Shown: positions 1 to 9,345 of the stretch, in pieces
Numbering within the stretch: position 1 is the first letter of the stretch
How the letters are laid out: each line of letters opens with the position of its first letter
Source of the DNA: Candidatus Hermodarchaeota archaeon
GTDB taxonomy: Archaea; Asgardarchaeota; Lokiarchaeia; Sigyniarchaeales; SOKP01
DNA: 64,000 nucleotides
Assembly (NCBI GenBank): GCA_048885535.1
Contig: JBHLLO010000002.1
Location: 16,952-80,951 of the forward strand
Reading direction: 5' to 3'
The notes under the pieces: generated by a model
Databases searched by the model: none
The model's input: the letters and a program-made list of their open reading frames with translations, nothing else
What the model was told of the DNA's origin: nothing
Position numbers and translations under genes: made by a program

Positions 1-575
1 AGTTGTTTATTAAGTAAGCTATTAAATGTATCAGAAGCCATTCCTTTTAATCCGTAACTACCGTCATCTGTACAATAGAAAATTTCAGAATATTCATCAT
101 CTACTGTATTAAAATGATTGATAAATAATAGTTCTTCTCCAATCTTAGCACCTTCAATTATAATACTTTTAAATTTCTTTCTTGAAAGTTCAGAAGCAAG
201 ATATTTTAGGGGAGCAATGCCGAAACCCCCTCCAATTAAGATTGATATTACAGATTTTTTTTTTGGTAATTCAAAATAGTTTCCGAGAGGACCTCTTACA
301 CCTAAAAAATCTCCTACATTTAGATTATGAATAGCATTCGTGCATTCTCCTACATTTTTGACAGTTATAGTCCAATTTCCATTCTCATCACATCCAGATA
401 ATGACATTGGAACCTCATCAACTCCAGGAACCCATATCATTACAAATTGACCTGCTTGAGGTTTAATATAATTATTATGCATAAATTCTTTAATGTTAAA
501 CTCTAAAGTCTTAACACCAATACAATTAGTTTTTATACTTTTTATTCTAACTGTTTGAACTATGTTTTCAGTCAA
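1..575 (-). CDS. pyrK: Dihydroorotate dehydrogenase electron-transfer subunit (PyrK-like), 3' end cut by window edge
   Basis: Absent from the ORF track because it runs off the window. My minus-strand translation from TTG at 575 reads LTENIVQTVRIKSIKTNCIGVKTLEFNIKEF...QFVMIWVPGVDEVPMSLSG...LGVRGPLGNYF...ILIGGGFGIAPL, a ferredoxin-reductase-type pattern. The start overlaps the pyrD stop by 8 nt and is preceded by GAGGTG. Confidence 0.75.
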   Translation of the reverse strand, partial: MTENIVQTVRIKSIKTNCIGVKTLEFNIKEFMHNNYIKPQAGQFVMIWVPGVDEVPMSLSGCDENGNWTITVKNVGECTNAIHNLNVGDFLGVRGPLGNYFELPKKKSVISILIGGGFGIAPLKYLASELSRKKFKSIIIEGAKIGEELLFINHFNTVDDEYSEIFYCTDDGSYGLKGMASDTFNSLLNKQ

Positions 576-1494
576 AATCAGGCACCTCTTGATTTTTCGA
601 TTGATGAGCTAAACCAATTGTATCAGATATAGATTTAAAATTCTCTCGCTCTAAATACCTAATTAGATTTTGATTAATTTGAGATAAAAAGTTAAATCCT
701 TGATAAAATGCGGTTCCAATTTGAATAGCAGATGCTCCGGCTAGAAAAAATTCTATAACATCTTTCCAATTATATACTCCACCACAGCCAATAATCGGAA
801 TATTTAATATTTTATAAAGATCATAAACAGCCTTTATAGCAATAGGATGAATGGCTCTTCCTGACATCCCACCACTACCGTGTGAGAGAATAGGTCTTCT
901 GACGTTAATATCAATAATCATGGAGCTTATAGTGTTAATTGCTACCACAGCATTAGCTCCTGCTTTTTCAGCCGCTTGTGCTATTTCACAAATATCAGTT
1001 ACATTTGGATTTAATTTAACAAATAGTGGTATTCCAATATTTTGTTTTAATTTTTTAATTAATGAATAGGTCAAATTCTTATCAATTCCAATACAGGATA
1101 CTTCTGCATGTGGACAAGATATATTTAATTCTAATGCATCAGCTCCAGCCTCTTCGGCCTTTAAAGCAACTTGCAAGTATGATTCATCATTTTCTCCAAA
1201 TATACTAACAATTAAAGGAAAATTGAGCGATTTAGCTTCTTTAATCTCATTTATAAAGTTGTCAATACCTGGATTTGCCAAACCTACACTATTTAAAAAG
1301 GTCCCAGGGAAAATCTCAATAATTGATGGATTCTTATATCCTTTTCTAGCTCTAGGACCAACCGATTTAGTTGTTATTGCCCCAGCTCCTGCGTTAATTA
1401 CTCTTTTCATGGTAGAACATGAAACTCCTAAAATTCCAGAAGCCAAGATTATAGGAGTTTTTAATTTTAAACCAGAAATATTAACTTCAAGCAT
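568..1494 (-). CDS. pyrD: Dihydroorotate dehydrogenase, class 1B catalytic subunit
   Basis: The 308 aa ORF carries LKTPIILASG, NSVGLANPG, LELNISCPHA and GCGGV motifs. It is directly coupled to pyrK. Confidence 0.9.
   Translation of the reverse strand: MLEVNISGLKLKTPIILASGILGVSCSTMKRVINAGAGAITTKSVGPRARKGYKNPSIIEIFPGTFLNSVGLANPGIDNFINEIKEAKSLNFPLIVSIFGENDESYLQVALKAEEAGADALELNISCPHAEVSCIGIDKNLTYSLIKKLKQNIGIPLFVKLNPNVTDICEIAQAAEKAGANAVVAINTISSMIIDINVRRPILSHGSGGMSGRAIHPIAIKAVYDLYKILNIPIIGCGGVYNWKDVIEFFLAGASAIQIGTAFYQGFNFLSQINQNLIRYLERENFKSISDTIGLAHQSKNQEVPDFD
583..588 (-). promoter_or_regulatory. Shine-Dalgarno-like GAGGTG upstream of the pyrK start, inside the pyrD 3' end
   Basis: The minus-strand sense sequence reads AAGAGGTGCCTGATTTTGACT, with GAGGTG 7 nt before the TTG at 575. 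This fits translational coupling of pyrD and pyrK. Confidence 0.5.
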
Positions 1495-1564
1495 TACTAT
1501 TATAACTTAAGGAAATATTATTATTATTATTTAAGAAAATTTACAGCAATTAGTTATCTCAAAA

Positions 1565-2758
1565 ATGAAATGTTTCATAATAGATACATTTATTGGAATA
1601 TTTGCAGTTGATGAGACTGGAAATATCTTAAATTATATATTTATTGATAATAAAAACCAAATAATTGAATTTTATCAATTGTTAGACAATATGACTATTT
1701 CTAATGAGTTCAAAAAATTTTTGACTGAATTAGAAAACTCCGGATTTAATTACTTTATTTTTGATAATTTAGAATTGGAAAGTATAACTTCTCAAAATTT
1801 AAGTTTTCAAACTACACTTGACACTGATGCTCTCGAGTTCAGGGATTTTCGTTTTAATTTAAGTAAAAGTTTAGCTAAAGTTGGCATCAATATTTCTGAA
1901 ATGGAGGTTCTTAATAAGGTTAAAGCTATTGAAGAGGAATTAATCAAAAAAAAAGTTAGTATATTAGGAGCTCAAAATGATATTATTATAATAAAAGCTA
2001 TTGATTCTATAGATACAATTAAAAAATCAATTAGTTTATATTCAAGTCGGCTAAGAGAATGGTATGGATTACATTTCCCTGAATTAACTGATAAATTGAT
2101 CGAAGATAATATAACTATAGCTCAATTAGTTCACAAATTAGGAGATCGAGATAATTTTACCTTTGAAAAAATAAGAAATGATTTTGAATTTAAGGATGAT
2201 CATATCAAAATGCTAGAGAATTTAGCTTCAAAGTCAATGGGGGCTACTATAAAATTAGATATCATTCAAAATTTTGCTGAACAAATAATAACACTTGATC
2301 ATTTTAGAGAACAATTAGAGGAATATTTAGAAAATTTAATGAAATTAACTGCTCCTAATCTGAATGCATTGGTTGGGAGTTTAGTTGGAGCTAAACTAAT
2401 AGCAAAAGCAGGGAGTTTAAAAAAATTAGCTTTTATGCCAGCATCTAGAATCCAAATTTTGGGAGCAGAAAAAGCTTTATATCGATTTTTAAAAACTGGT
2501 GAAAATCGACCCAAACACGGTTTAATCTATCAGTGGAATTTGATTAGAGGGAGTAAACCACACCAAAGGGGTAAAATATCACGTCTAATTGCTGGAAAAA
2601 TTGGTATTGCCTGTAAAGTTGATTATTTTGGTGGAATGTTTATAGGAGAAGAGTTGGCAAAAGAAATCGAAGAGAAAGTGAAAGAAATCGAAAGAAAATA
2701 TCCTAAAGTACCAAAAAGTAAGATCAAAACAAAACATGGTAAAAAAAGGAAAAGGTAA
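1565..2758 (+). CDS. nop5: C/D box sRNP protein Nop5 (Nop56/58 homologue)
   Basis: Motifs seen are LREWYGLHFPEL and APNLNALVGSLVGAKLIAKAGSLKKLAFMPASRIQILGAEKALYRFL, with a lysine-rich C-terminal tail. Fibrillarin lies immediately downstream. Confidence 0.9.
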   Translation: MKCFIIDTFIGIFAVDETGNILNYIFIDNKNQIIEFYQLLDNMTISNEFKKFLTELENSGFNYFIFDNLELESITSQNLSFQTTLDTDALEFRDFRFNLSKSLAKVGINISEMEVLNKVKAIEEELIKKKVSILGAQNDIIIIKAIDSIDTIKKSISLYSSRLREWYGLHFPELTDKLIEDNITIAQLVHKLGDRDNFTFEKIRNDFEFKDDHIKMLENLASKSMGATIKLDIIQNFAEQIITLDHFREQLEEYLENLMKLTAPNLNALVGSLVGAKLIAKAGSLKKLAFMPASRIQILGAEKALYRFLKTGENRPKHGLIYQWNLIRGSKPHQRGKISRLIAGKIGIACKVDYFGGMFIGEELAKEIEEKVKEIERKYPKVPKSKIKTKHGKKRKR

Positions 2759-2778
2759 ACTTTTAAAGGTTATGTAAT

Positions 2779-3471
2779 TTGAGCAATATTGAAATTCGGT
2801 CTCATCCTAGATTTTATAATGTATATATTTCTGGAAAACCTAATAATTTGAAATTATATACTAGAAATCTAGTACCTGGTGTAAGGGTCTATGGAGAAAA
2901 GTTAATCACCTTTAAAAGTATTGAATATAGAGAATGGGATCCTTTTAGAAGTAAGTTAGCAGCTTTATTGCTGGAAAATCCAAAAATTAACCTTTTTTCA
3001 CATGATTTAAAATGTTTATATTTAGGGGCATCTTCAGGAACAACAATATCTCACCTATCAGATATTTTATTTCAAGGTGTTATCTTTGGGGTGGAAGTAG
3101 CACCCAGAAGTATAAGGCAACTTATTCAAAATATTTCAGATAGAAAAAATATAATTCCAATTCTAGGAGATGCCAATTTTCCAGAAAAGTATGCAAAATC
3201 CATTTTTTCGAAGGTGGATTTAATATACCAAGATGTAGCTCAACCAAATCAAGCTGAAATAGCAATTTCGAACTGCAAATATTATTTGAAGAGGGGAGGA
3301 TATTTAGTAATAACTATAAAATCCCAATCGATTAACAGTATAAGAAGGTCAGAAAAAGTATATGAAAAAGAGAAATCGATTCTCAGAAATGCAGGTTATG
3401 AAATAATAGAAAATCTAAATATTCATAAATATGCAGCAAATCACATTGTTCTGATTATAAAAGAGATTTAG
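2779..3471 (+). CDS. flpA: Fibrillarin-like rRNA/tRNA 2'-O-methyltransferase
   Basis: Motifs seen are YLGASSGTTISHLSDI (SAM-binding) and YQDVAQPNQAEI. The Nop5-fibrillarin gene pair is the classic archaeal arrangement. Confidence 0.9.
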   Translation: MSNIEIRSHPRFYNVYISGKPNNLKLYTRNLVPGVRVYGEKLITFKSIEYREWDPFRSKLAALLLENPKINLFSHDLKCLYLGASSGTTISHLSDILFQGVIFGVEVAPRSIRQLIQNISDRKNIIPILGDANFPEKYAKSIFSKVDLIYQDVAQPNQAEIAISNCKYYLKRGGYLVITIKSQSINSIRRSEKVYEKEKSILRNAGYEIIENLNIHKYAANHIVLIIKEI

Positions 3472-4183
3472 TATAATCTGTAAGTTTTTTGTTATAGATT
3501 GTTTCGTTTAATATTTTTTTTGTAGTATTCCAAGTTTTTCGTGCAAATGATGGTGGCTTTTTATTTTTAGTTATCCAATCTCTCAAAAAATTAATAGTTT
3601 TCATATCAGAAGGGTATCCAGAACCAAAATCTCCATATTTCTCTCTTAAGGTTTCAATCAAATTATCCCTGATATCTTTAGCAATAATAGAACTAGCAGA
3701 CACAATGGGATAGGTATCGTCTGCTTTATGTTTAGAAATAATTTTCTTGGGTTTGTAATCTAATAGGGTTTTTATAGACATTCCAAATCTTTTTTCATTT
3801 ACATCAGCGGCATCTATTATTATTATATTTGGTTTTAAATCATTGATTATTTCAGTAAACTTTAATAATTCAAGTCTGTTCATAGTTAAATTACTTTTTA
3901 TTCTATCATCAATCTCTTTAGCACTGATAATGATAACTTTAATAGAATGACATTTTCCTTTTATAGTTTTTGCTAGTTCAGTTCTCTTCGATAGGGTGAG
4001 CTTTTTAGAATCTTTAACTCCAATTTCACGAAGAAAATCTAAACCATCAGATGGAAAACAAATACCGCATATCACCATAGGACCCAAGACTGGTCCTCTC
4101 CCAGCTTCATCAATTCCACAAATTAAATCGACATTATAGTCACAATTCTTGGATAAGTTCAATGAATTCCTCTTCATCATCAA
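3455..4183 (-). CDS. rnhB: Ribonuclease HII
   Basis: Motifs seen are GIDEAGRGPVLGPMVICG and ADDTYPIVSASSIIAK. The annotated start overlaps the upstream gene by 44 nt, so an internal TTG start is possible. Confidence 0.9.
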   Translation of the reverse strand: MMMKRNSLNLSKNCDYNVDLICGIDEAGRGPVLGPMVICGICFPSDGLDFLREIGVKDSKKLTLSKRTELAKTIKGKCHSIKVIIISAKEIDDRIKSNLTMNRLELLKFTEIINDLKPNIIIIDAADVNEKRFGMSIKTLLDYKPKKIISKHKADDTYPIVSASSIIAKDIRDNLIETLREKYGDFGSGYPSDMKTINFLRDWITKNKKPPSFARKTWNTTKKILNETIYNKKLTDYTKSLL

Positions 4184-5144
4184 TTTCTTCTAATTCTTTT
4201 ACTTTAACAATAGGGATTTTCTCCTTTATTAGAGTCTCAGTTATTTTAATATTATTATCAATGATAAAGAGAGCATTCTTATGAAATAATTTTGTAAATG
4301 TTCTTAAACATTTGATCATAGACTCATTAATCCTTTTTTGATCTTCAGTTATTCCAGAAAATATTGGATAAAAATTGGATTTTTGAATATTTTTAGAAAT
4401 TTGTGAGTATATAGATAATTGGAAAGGGACAGGTCCTTTTTTATACCAGTATGTACAAATCCCAATATCACTAATTATTTCTTGAATATGAGATTCAAAT
4501 GGTGACAAGTCATTTTCTTCTAAATTTTCCTTTTGATCTAAATCAAATTTTATTGGCCAATCAAGGATATTTATTCTTTTAAAGATCTCATTACTTTCTA
4601 AGATATCAGAGATTTTTTCAGCAATTTTTTCAGAAGGACGTAAAGTCTCATTTTCATAAGAATATACTGTCCTCTTTGCTATTCCTAACTTCTCAGATAA
4701 AGCCTTCCTACTTATTAACTGTTGTTCTCTAATTTCTTTCATTAAACATCCATTGAGAAAAATAATCCCTCCACCGCGTTTTGCTACTATGTAGGGATAC
4801 CTATTTCTACTTAAAACATTTTCTAATGTATTCAAAGATATAATTGGTAATCCTTCTCTAATATAAATAGTATTATCTTCTAATTTTTGATATCGATTTC
4901 TAATACCAATTAATAAAGGTTTGGACTTCAATAATAATGAGAGAGATTTGATGTCGTTAATAATATCTGGACTTATATTATCAATATTTGAAATTAACTT
5001 CACGCTAAAAATTGAATCTTCTTTTTTCACCAAAATATCAAAACAGAACTTACTTTTCCTATTAGAGTACTCATCTAAGGATAAAGTCTCAAAATCAGCA
5101 TTTTTTAATATTTCATTGATCTTATTCAGTACTGTTTCAGTCAT
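4140..5144 (-). CDS. Archaeal HTH (XRE-type) transcriptional regulator, about 330 aa
   Basis: A central helix-turn-helix, ISRKALSEKLGIAKRTVYSYENETLRPSEKIAEKI, is flanked by non-HTH domains. The size and layout resemble the conserved archaeal predicted-regulator family. Confidence 0.55.
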   Translation of the reverse strand: MTETVLNKINEILKNADFETLSLDEYSNRKSKFCFDILVKKEDSIFSVKLISNIDNISPDIINDIKSLSLLLKSKPLLIGIRNRYQKLEDNTIYIREGLPIISLNTLENVLSRNRYPYIVAKRGGGIIFLNGCLMKEIREQQLISRKALSEKLGIAKRTVYSYENETLRPSEKIAEKISDILESNEIFKRINILDWPIKFDLDQKENLEENDLSPFESHIQEIISDIGICTYWYKKGPVPFQLSIYSQISKNIQKSNFYPIFSGITEDQKRINESMIKCLRTFTKLFHKNALFIIDNNIKITETLIKEKIPIVKVKELEEIDDEEEFIELIQEL

Positions 5145-5270
5145 TAACTCCCATTATTAAAAAAATTAGTAGCACTAAAAATCTTTATTATTATTTTGAT
5201 TATATATTGCAAATTAAATAATTTAATTCTAAAACAATATCTTTTTTTAAGATATTTTTCTGCAAAATTT

Positions 5271-5831
5271 TTATTTAGTTATAAGTTTAAGAAAATCTGA
5301 ATCAGTTATTATTCCGATATATTTATCGTTTTTTTTTACTAGGATAGCAGGATAATTAACAAGTAAATTTGAAATATCTTTTGCGTTCCAATTAACTTCA
5401 ACTTCAGGAAAAGGTAATTCTTTTATAAGAAAGATGTCCATGTTTATAAGTTCTGGGTTATCAGTAATCTCTTTTTGAATCTTTTTAGAAGTTATACTAC
5501 CAAGATTTTGTCCATTCTCTATTATGGGGAGTTGAGAAATACCATTTTCGTACATTAGTTCTATAGCCTCTTTAATTGAAGATTTTGGTTTTATTGATAT
5601 TATATTCTTTGTCATAATATCTTTAGCAATCATTTCTGCTTGTGATTTTCTCATAGTTTCATTTTCTAAAAATTCATAAATTATTTTAAATTTCGAATAG
5701 GGAGGATCCATACTCCCATTTTCAATTCTTGAAATAGTTGATTGTGGTATACCTAATCTTTCTCCCAATTCTTTCTGACTAAAATTTAAACTCTTCCTTA
5801 AGTACTTAATTTTTGTATAATCTGGTAAAAT
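5271..5831 (-). CDS. XRE-family HTH plus CBS-pair domain regulator; N-terminus extended beyond the ORF-track start
   Basis: The track ORF begins at TTG 5768, in the middle of the HTH. The upstream in-frame sequence (stop TAG 5840-5838, then T T I L P D Y T K I K Y L R K S L N F S Q K E L) completes the first HTH helices. The only near-cognate start is ATT at 5831-5829, with AGGT 8 nt upstream. The CBS pair lies C-terminal (IMTKNIISIKP...GIITDSDFLK). Confidence 0.7.
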   Translation of the reverse strand: MLPDYTKIKYLRKSLNFSQKELGERLGIPQSTISRIENGSMDPPYSKFKIIYEFLENETMRKSQAEMIAKDIMTKNIISIKPKSSIKEAIELMYENGISQLPIIENGQNLGSITSKKIQKEITDNPELINMDIFLIKELPFPEVEVNWNAKDISNLLVNYPAILVKKNDKYIGIITDSDFLKLITK

Positions 5832-5987
5832 TGTCGTCTACCTTATACGTAAAGTTTTTTTACTATAATTTTAAAGCATAAAAAATGCATATAAAGCATT
5901 TTTTTTTCAATAATTATTTTAATTAATTATTAATTTAAATCTATACTAAAATAATTGTTTATATAAATTAGAATTTGGCTATGTAAA

Positions 5988-7235
5988 ATGTTGAAAGTAA
6001 ATCAACTTGACCTTAAATTTGGTGTAGAGCATTCCGATTTTCCAGAAATTTGTGAAAGGAAAGGAGTTGGTCATCCAGATAGTGTATGTGATGCAGTTGC
6101 AGATGCTTGTTCAAGAGCATTATGTTTGTATTACTTAGATACGTTTGGACGTGTTTATCATCACAATGTCGATAAAGCAGCATTAGTTGGTGGAGTAGCT
6201 AAACCAGAATTTAATGGAGGTCAAATAATTCAACCACAATACTTTTTAATTGTGGGGAGAGCGATAAATCAAATCCTTAGAGAGTGCGGTCCAAATCAGA
6301 ATAAATTAGAATATATACCAGTCGCTCCAATTTGTCTTGATACGTCACGTCAGGTTATGGGGAAAATTTTTAGAAATCTCCATTTGGATCAGCATATACA
6401 ATTTGATTATGCTGTTAGACCGGGTTCAGTAGATCTTACAGGAGTATTTGATGAATCTCATCATTCTGAAGATGTACCTCTCGCAAATGATACAAGTTTT
6501 GGGGTGGGTTATGCTCCTTATTCAGATGCGGAAAAAATAACCCTAGAAGCAGAAAAATTAATTAATTCAAATAAGTTTAAAGATGAATGCAAAGCATCCG
6601 GAGAAGATGTAAAAGTTATGACAGAGAGAGTGGGGAACAAGGTTGGTATTACAATAGCTGCTGCTATGATAAGTAAATATGTAAAGGATGTTGGTGAATA
6701 CATTAGTTATACTAATCAAATTAAGGATACAGTGCTAGACCTTGCTGTTAAAGTCATTCCAGAGAGAGAAGTCTCTTGTCAAATAAATGTTGCTGATATA
6801 ATAGAAAAAAATTTGATCTATCTTACAATAACAGGGACATCGGCCGAAGCAGGGGATGATGGGGAAGTGGGAAGAGGTAATCGTTCAAATGGATTGATCA
6901 CTCCATGTAGACCTATGAGTTTGGAAGCCGTTTGTGGAAAGAACCCAATAAATCATGTTGGAAAGATATATAATATCGCAGCAACAAATATTGCTCGAGA
7001 AATTTACAATAGAGGTGAGGGAGATATAATTGAATGTCATGTTAAGCTTTTATCACAAATAGGAAGGCCAATAACCGATCCATGGGTAAATTCCATAACA
7101 TTAATTCCTGCAAGTAATGTTAGTTTCTCAAGTGTTGAAAATATAGCAGTCGAAGTTTCTGAAGAATTTTTATCAAAAGAATCTATGATTGAATTAAGAA
7201 AGCGATTAATTGCTGGCGAAGAACAAGTATTTTAA
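5988..7235 (+). CDS. mat: Archaeal-type S-adenosylmethionine synthetase
   Basis: The N-terminal [18 protein letters not shown] and a length of 415 aa are typical of the archaeal MAT family and distinct from bacterial MetK. Confidence 0.9.
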   Translation: MLKVNQLDLKFGVEHSDFPEICERKGVGHPDSVCDAVADACSRALCLYYLDTFGRVYHHNVDKAALVGGVAKPEFNGGQIIQPQYFLIVGRAINQILRECGPNQNKLEYIPVAPICLDTSRQVMGKIFRNLHLDQHIQFDYAVRPGSVDLTGVFDESHHSEDVPLANDTSFGVGYAPYSDAEKITLEAEKLINSNKFKDECKASGEDVKVMTERVGNKVGITIAAAMISKYVKDVGEYISYTNQIKDTVLDLAVKVIPEREVSCQINVADIIEKNLIYLTITGTSAEAGDDGEVGRGNRSNGLITPCRPMSLEAVCGKNPINHVGKIYNIAATNIAREIYNRGEGDIIECHVKLLSQIGRPITDPWVNSITLIPASNVSFSSVENIAVEVSEEFLSKESMIELRKRLIAGEEQVF

Positions 7236-7334
7236 AACTTAATTCCTAGTTAAATACCATTATTTATTTATTCTTTTTGTTTTTATTATTTACATTGATA
7301 TTGATGATTAAATTCAAAAATTTGTGATTGTCAT

Positions 7335-7598
7335 TTGAGTTTAGAAAAATGGTTAAAACCTGAAGAGAAAGAAAAAAAAAGTAAAGATGGAAAAACGAAA
7401 AAACAAAATCAGATTGACAAAAATAATAGAGGAGAATTAACTTCTCAGGTGCATTCCTCAACATTATTAAATGTAATGAGATTTAAACTTGAATGTACTA
7501 AAAGTTCATGCAAATATCAAAAAATCATTATTAAGAAAAATTTAATAGAAAAAGATAAAACTTGTCCTAGATGCAAGAGTAAGATGAAAGTTAAATAA
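7335..7598 (+). CDS. Small basic zinc-ribbon protein (hypothetical)
   Basis: 87 aa with a K/E-rich N-terminus, then C-x4-C ... C-x2-C (ECTKSSCKYQ...TCPRCKSKM). No family was recognised. Confidence 0.35.
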   Translation: MSLEKWLKPEEKEKKSKDGKTKKQNQIDKNNRGELTSQVHSSTLLNVMRFKLECTKSSCKYQKIIIKKNLIEKDKTCPRCKSKMKVK

Positions 7599-7605
7599 CA
7601 TTTCG

Positions 7606-7833
7606 CTAGTTTCTTTCTTTTATTAGTTCAAGAGTTTCAATATCAAACTGTGCTTCACAGTTGGGGCATCTATCTTTTTTTTTTAAATATTTTAATAATA
7701 AATAGACAAAAAAGCCTAGACCACAAGTAAGAATTACCATAAAAAATAGAACTTCATGATACATATGGTTAAAATTTTTCCTTCTTAACTGCACTTCCCG
7801 TTCACAAATAGGGCAATATACTCTTTTACCCGT
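7606..7833 (-). CDS. LITAF-like split zinc-ribbon membrane protein (start codon unresolved)
   Basis: The track ORF starts at GTG 7794. The 13 in-frame codons upstream (after TAA 7836-7834) read TGKRVYCPICERE. This supplies a first CPxC knuckle, followed by a hydrophobic stretch VLFFMVILTCGLGFFVYLLL and then KKKDRCPNC. There is no ATG/GTG/TTG upstream of the first knuckle. Confidence 0.35.
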   Translation of the reverse strand, partial: TGKRVYCPICEREVQLRRKNFNHMYHEVLFFMVILTCGLGFFVYLLLKYLKKKDRCPNCEAQFDIETLELIKERN

Positions 7834-8281
7834 TTAAGTTCACTTCTTTAGGCTATTTTATATTTATAAATAAATTAAATGATTACTTATTAATTTAATT
7901 TTTGAAAATAAAGGTTTTTCCTTCCCTAAAATTATTAAAAAATCAGTTAATATTTAATATAAAATTATAAATTAAAATCTTAATTTTCTTTTTTCTTTTT
8001 TGATAAGTCACTTAATATATTCCAAGTGCTCTTTACTCCCAAGTTATCTAATTTCTTTCTTTCTTCTTCTAGATCTTCTTGATCATTATTTTTTTCTTCA
8101 CTCATGGTTTCAGTCTTTTAAGTATTTATTATTATTTATTAAAGAACCGAACGCGAGATCTTTTTCAAATAAATAGATATCAAAACCTTGATTTAAATTT
8201 AGGCTAAATATTATTAATATAAAATTTTATATCAATAGTAAATTCTTAAGTTTTAATTTAAATTTTAAAGGTAATCTAGTC

Positions 8282-9244
8282 ATGCCCATTTGTTATCATT
8301 GTGGAAGAGAAACTGAAGATATATATCATTGCAGTAGATGTCAACAAAGTTATTGCAAACTGCATAAAACACCACTTGATCATGAATGTGATATTGTGTT
8401 GGCAAGCATAAAATCTTATCAGACTCCTTCAGCTACTATTTCAGTAACTCCAACCTCTCAAGATCTTATATCTCCAGATTCTCCAATTAGAGGGACTACA
8501 GATGGAACTTATACTTGGTATCGCCAAGAAAAATCCATACCTGATAATGCTTTTGATCCTGATTCAGGTATTGAATTTAAGGGAATATTACTGGCACATA
8601 AGTCAGAACTATTACATTTTATAATTGGAACTAGCCTCATATTTGTTATCGGATTTATTTCATTTTTCGATCTCATTTATAGTAATTATGTATGGGCTTT
8701 ATTTATGCTAGCTACTTTCTATATGACTACCTTCCTTTTTCATGAATTAGGGCATCGTCAGGTAGCAATACATTTCGGACTTCAAACTAAATTTAGATTA
8801 CTTACCTTTGGAATGCTATTGACTGGTTTTAGTATTATAATAGGATTATATGGTTTATTTACGTCATCACCAGGATTACCTATGCTTGCTTTACCTGGTG
8901 CTGTGGTGGTTTTAGGTTTAGATAAAATTAGTAGAAAAACAGGATTATGTAAAGCAGCTGGTCCTTTTATTAATTTAGTTTATGGCTCAATTCTACTTCT
9001 CATATCTTTTCTCATTCCAAAAACGTTATATCCTCTTAATAGTTTTATCGGTTATGCTGCGTATTTCAATTTTATGCTTGGAGCTTTCAATATGTTACCG
9101 TTTGGTATATTAGATGGTCAGAATATTTGGAAATGGAATAAGAAGATTTATATCTTCCTTATGCTACCATTACTTTTACTCTTAATAATCACTCTTTGGA
9201 GTATTTTTGCACCATTTGATATTAATCCATATATTCCACATTAA
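8282..9244 (+). CDS. AN1-type zinc finger fused to an M50 (site-2 protease) intramembrane metalloprotease
   Basis: The N-terminus, CYHCGRETEDIYHCSRCQQSYCKLHKTPLDHEC, fits C-x2-C-x9-C-x2-C-x4-C-x2-H-x5-H-x-C. The membrane domain carries HELGH and NMLPFGILDG. Confidence 0.8.
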   Translation: MPICYHCGRETEDIYHCSRCQQSYCKLHKTPLDHECDIVLASIKSYQTPSATISVTPTSQDLISPDSPIRGTTDGTYTWYRQEKSIPDNAFDPDSGIEFKGILLAHKSELLHFIIGTSLIFVIGFISFFDLIYSNYVWALFMLATFYMTTFLFHELGHRQVAIHFGLQTKFRLLTFGMLLTGFSIIIGLYGLFTSSPGLPMLALPGAVVVLGLDKISRKTGLCKAAGPFINLVYGSILLLISFLIPKTLYPLNSFIGYAAYFNFMLGAFNMLPFGILDGQNIWKWNKKIYIFLMLPLLLLLIITLWSIFAPFDINPYIPH

Positions 9245-9345
9245 TCAAAAGGAAATATTAAAAAATTATCAAAAGAATTATGAAGTAAAAAAATTTTAAG
9301 TTTATTAATAGATTTTTTTTTTAAAATTTATTAGAGTGAATTGAG

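Noticed and set aside
7296-7362. Possible C/D box sRNA (TGATGA at about 7302, CTGA about 55 nt downstream)
   Set aside because: No terminal stem, no clear C' or D' boxes, and it overlaps a predicted ORF. Such short motifs are expected by chance in AT-rich DNA.
7980-8105. 41 aa acidic minus-strand ORF (MSEEKNNDQEDLEEERKKLDNLGVKSTWNILSDLSKKKKEN)
   Set aside because: It has no Shine-Dalgarno site and no recognisable motif, and its composition is typical of random AT-rich ORFs. The support is insufficient.
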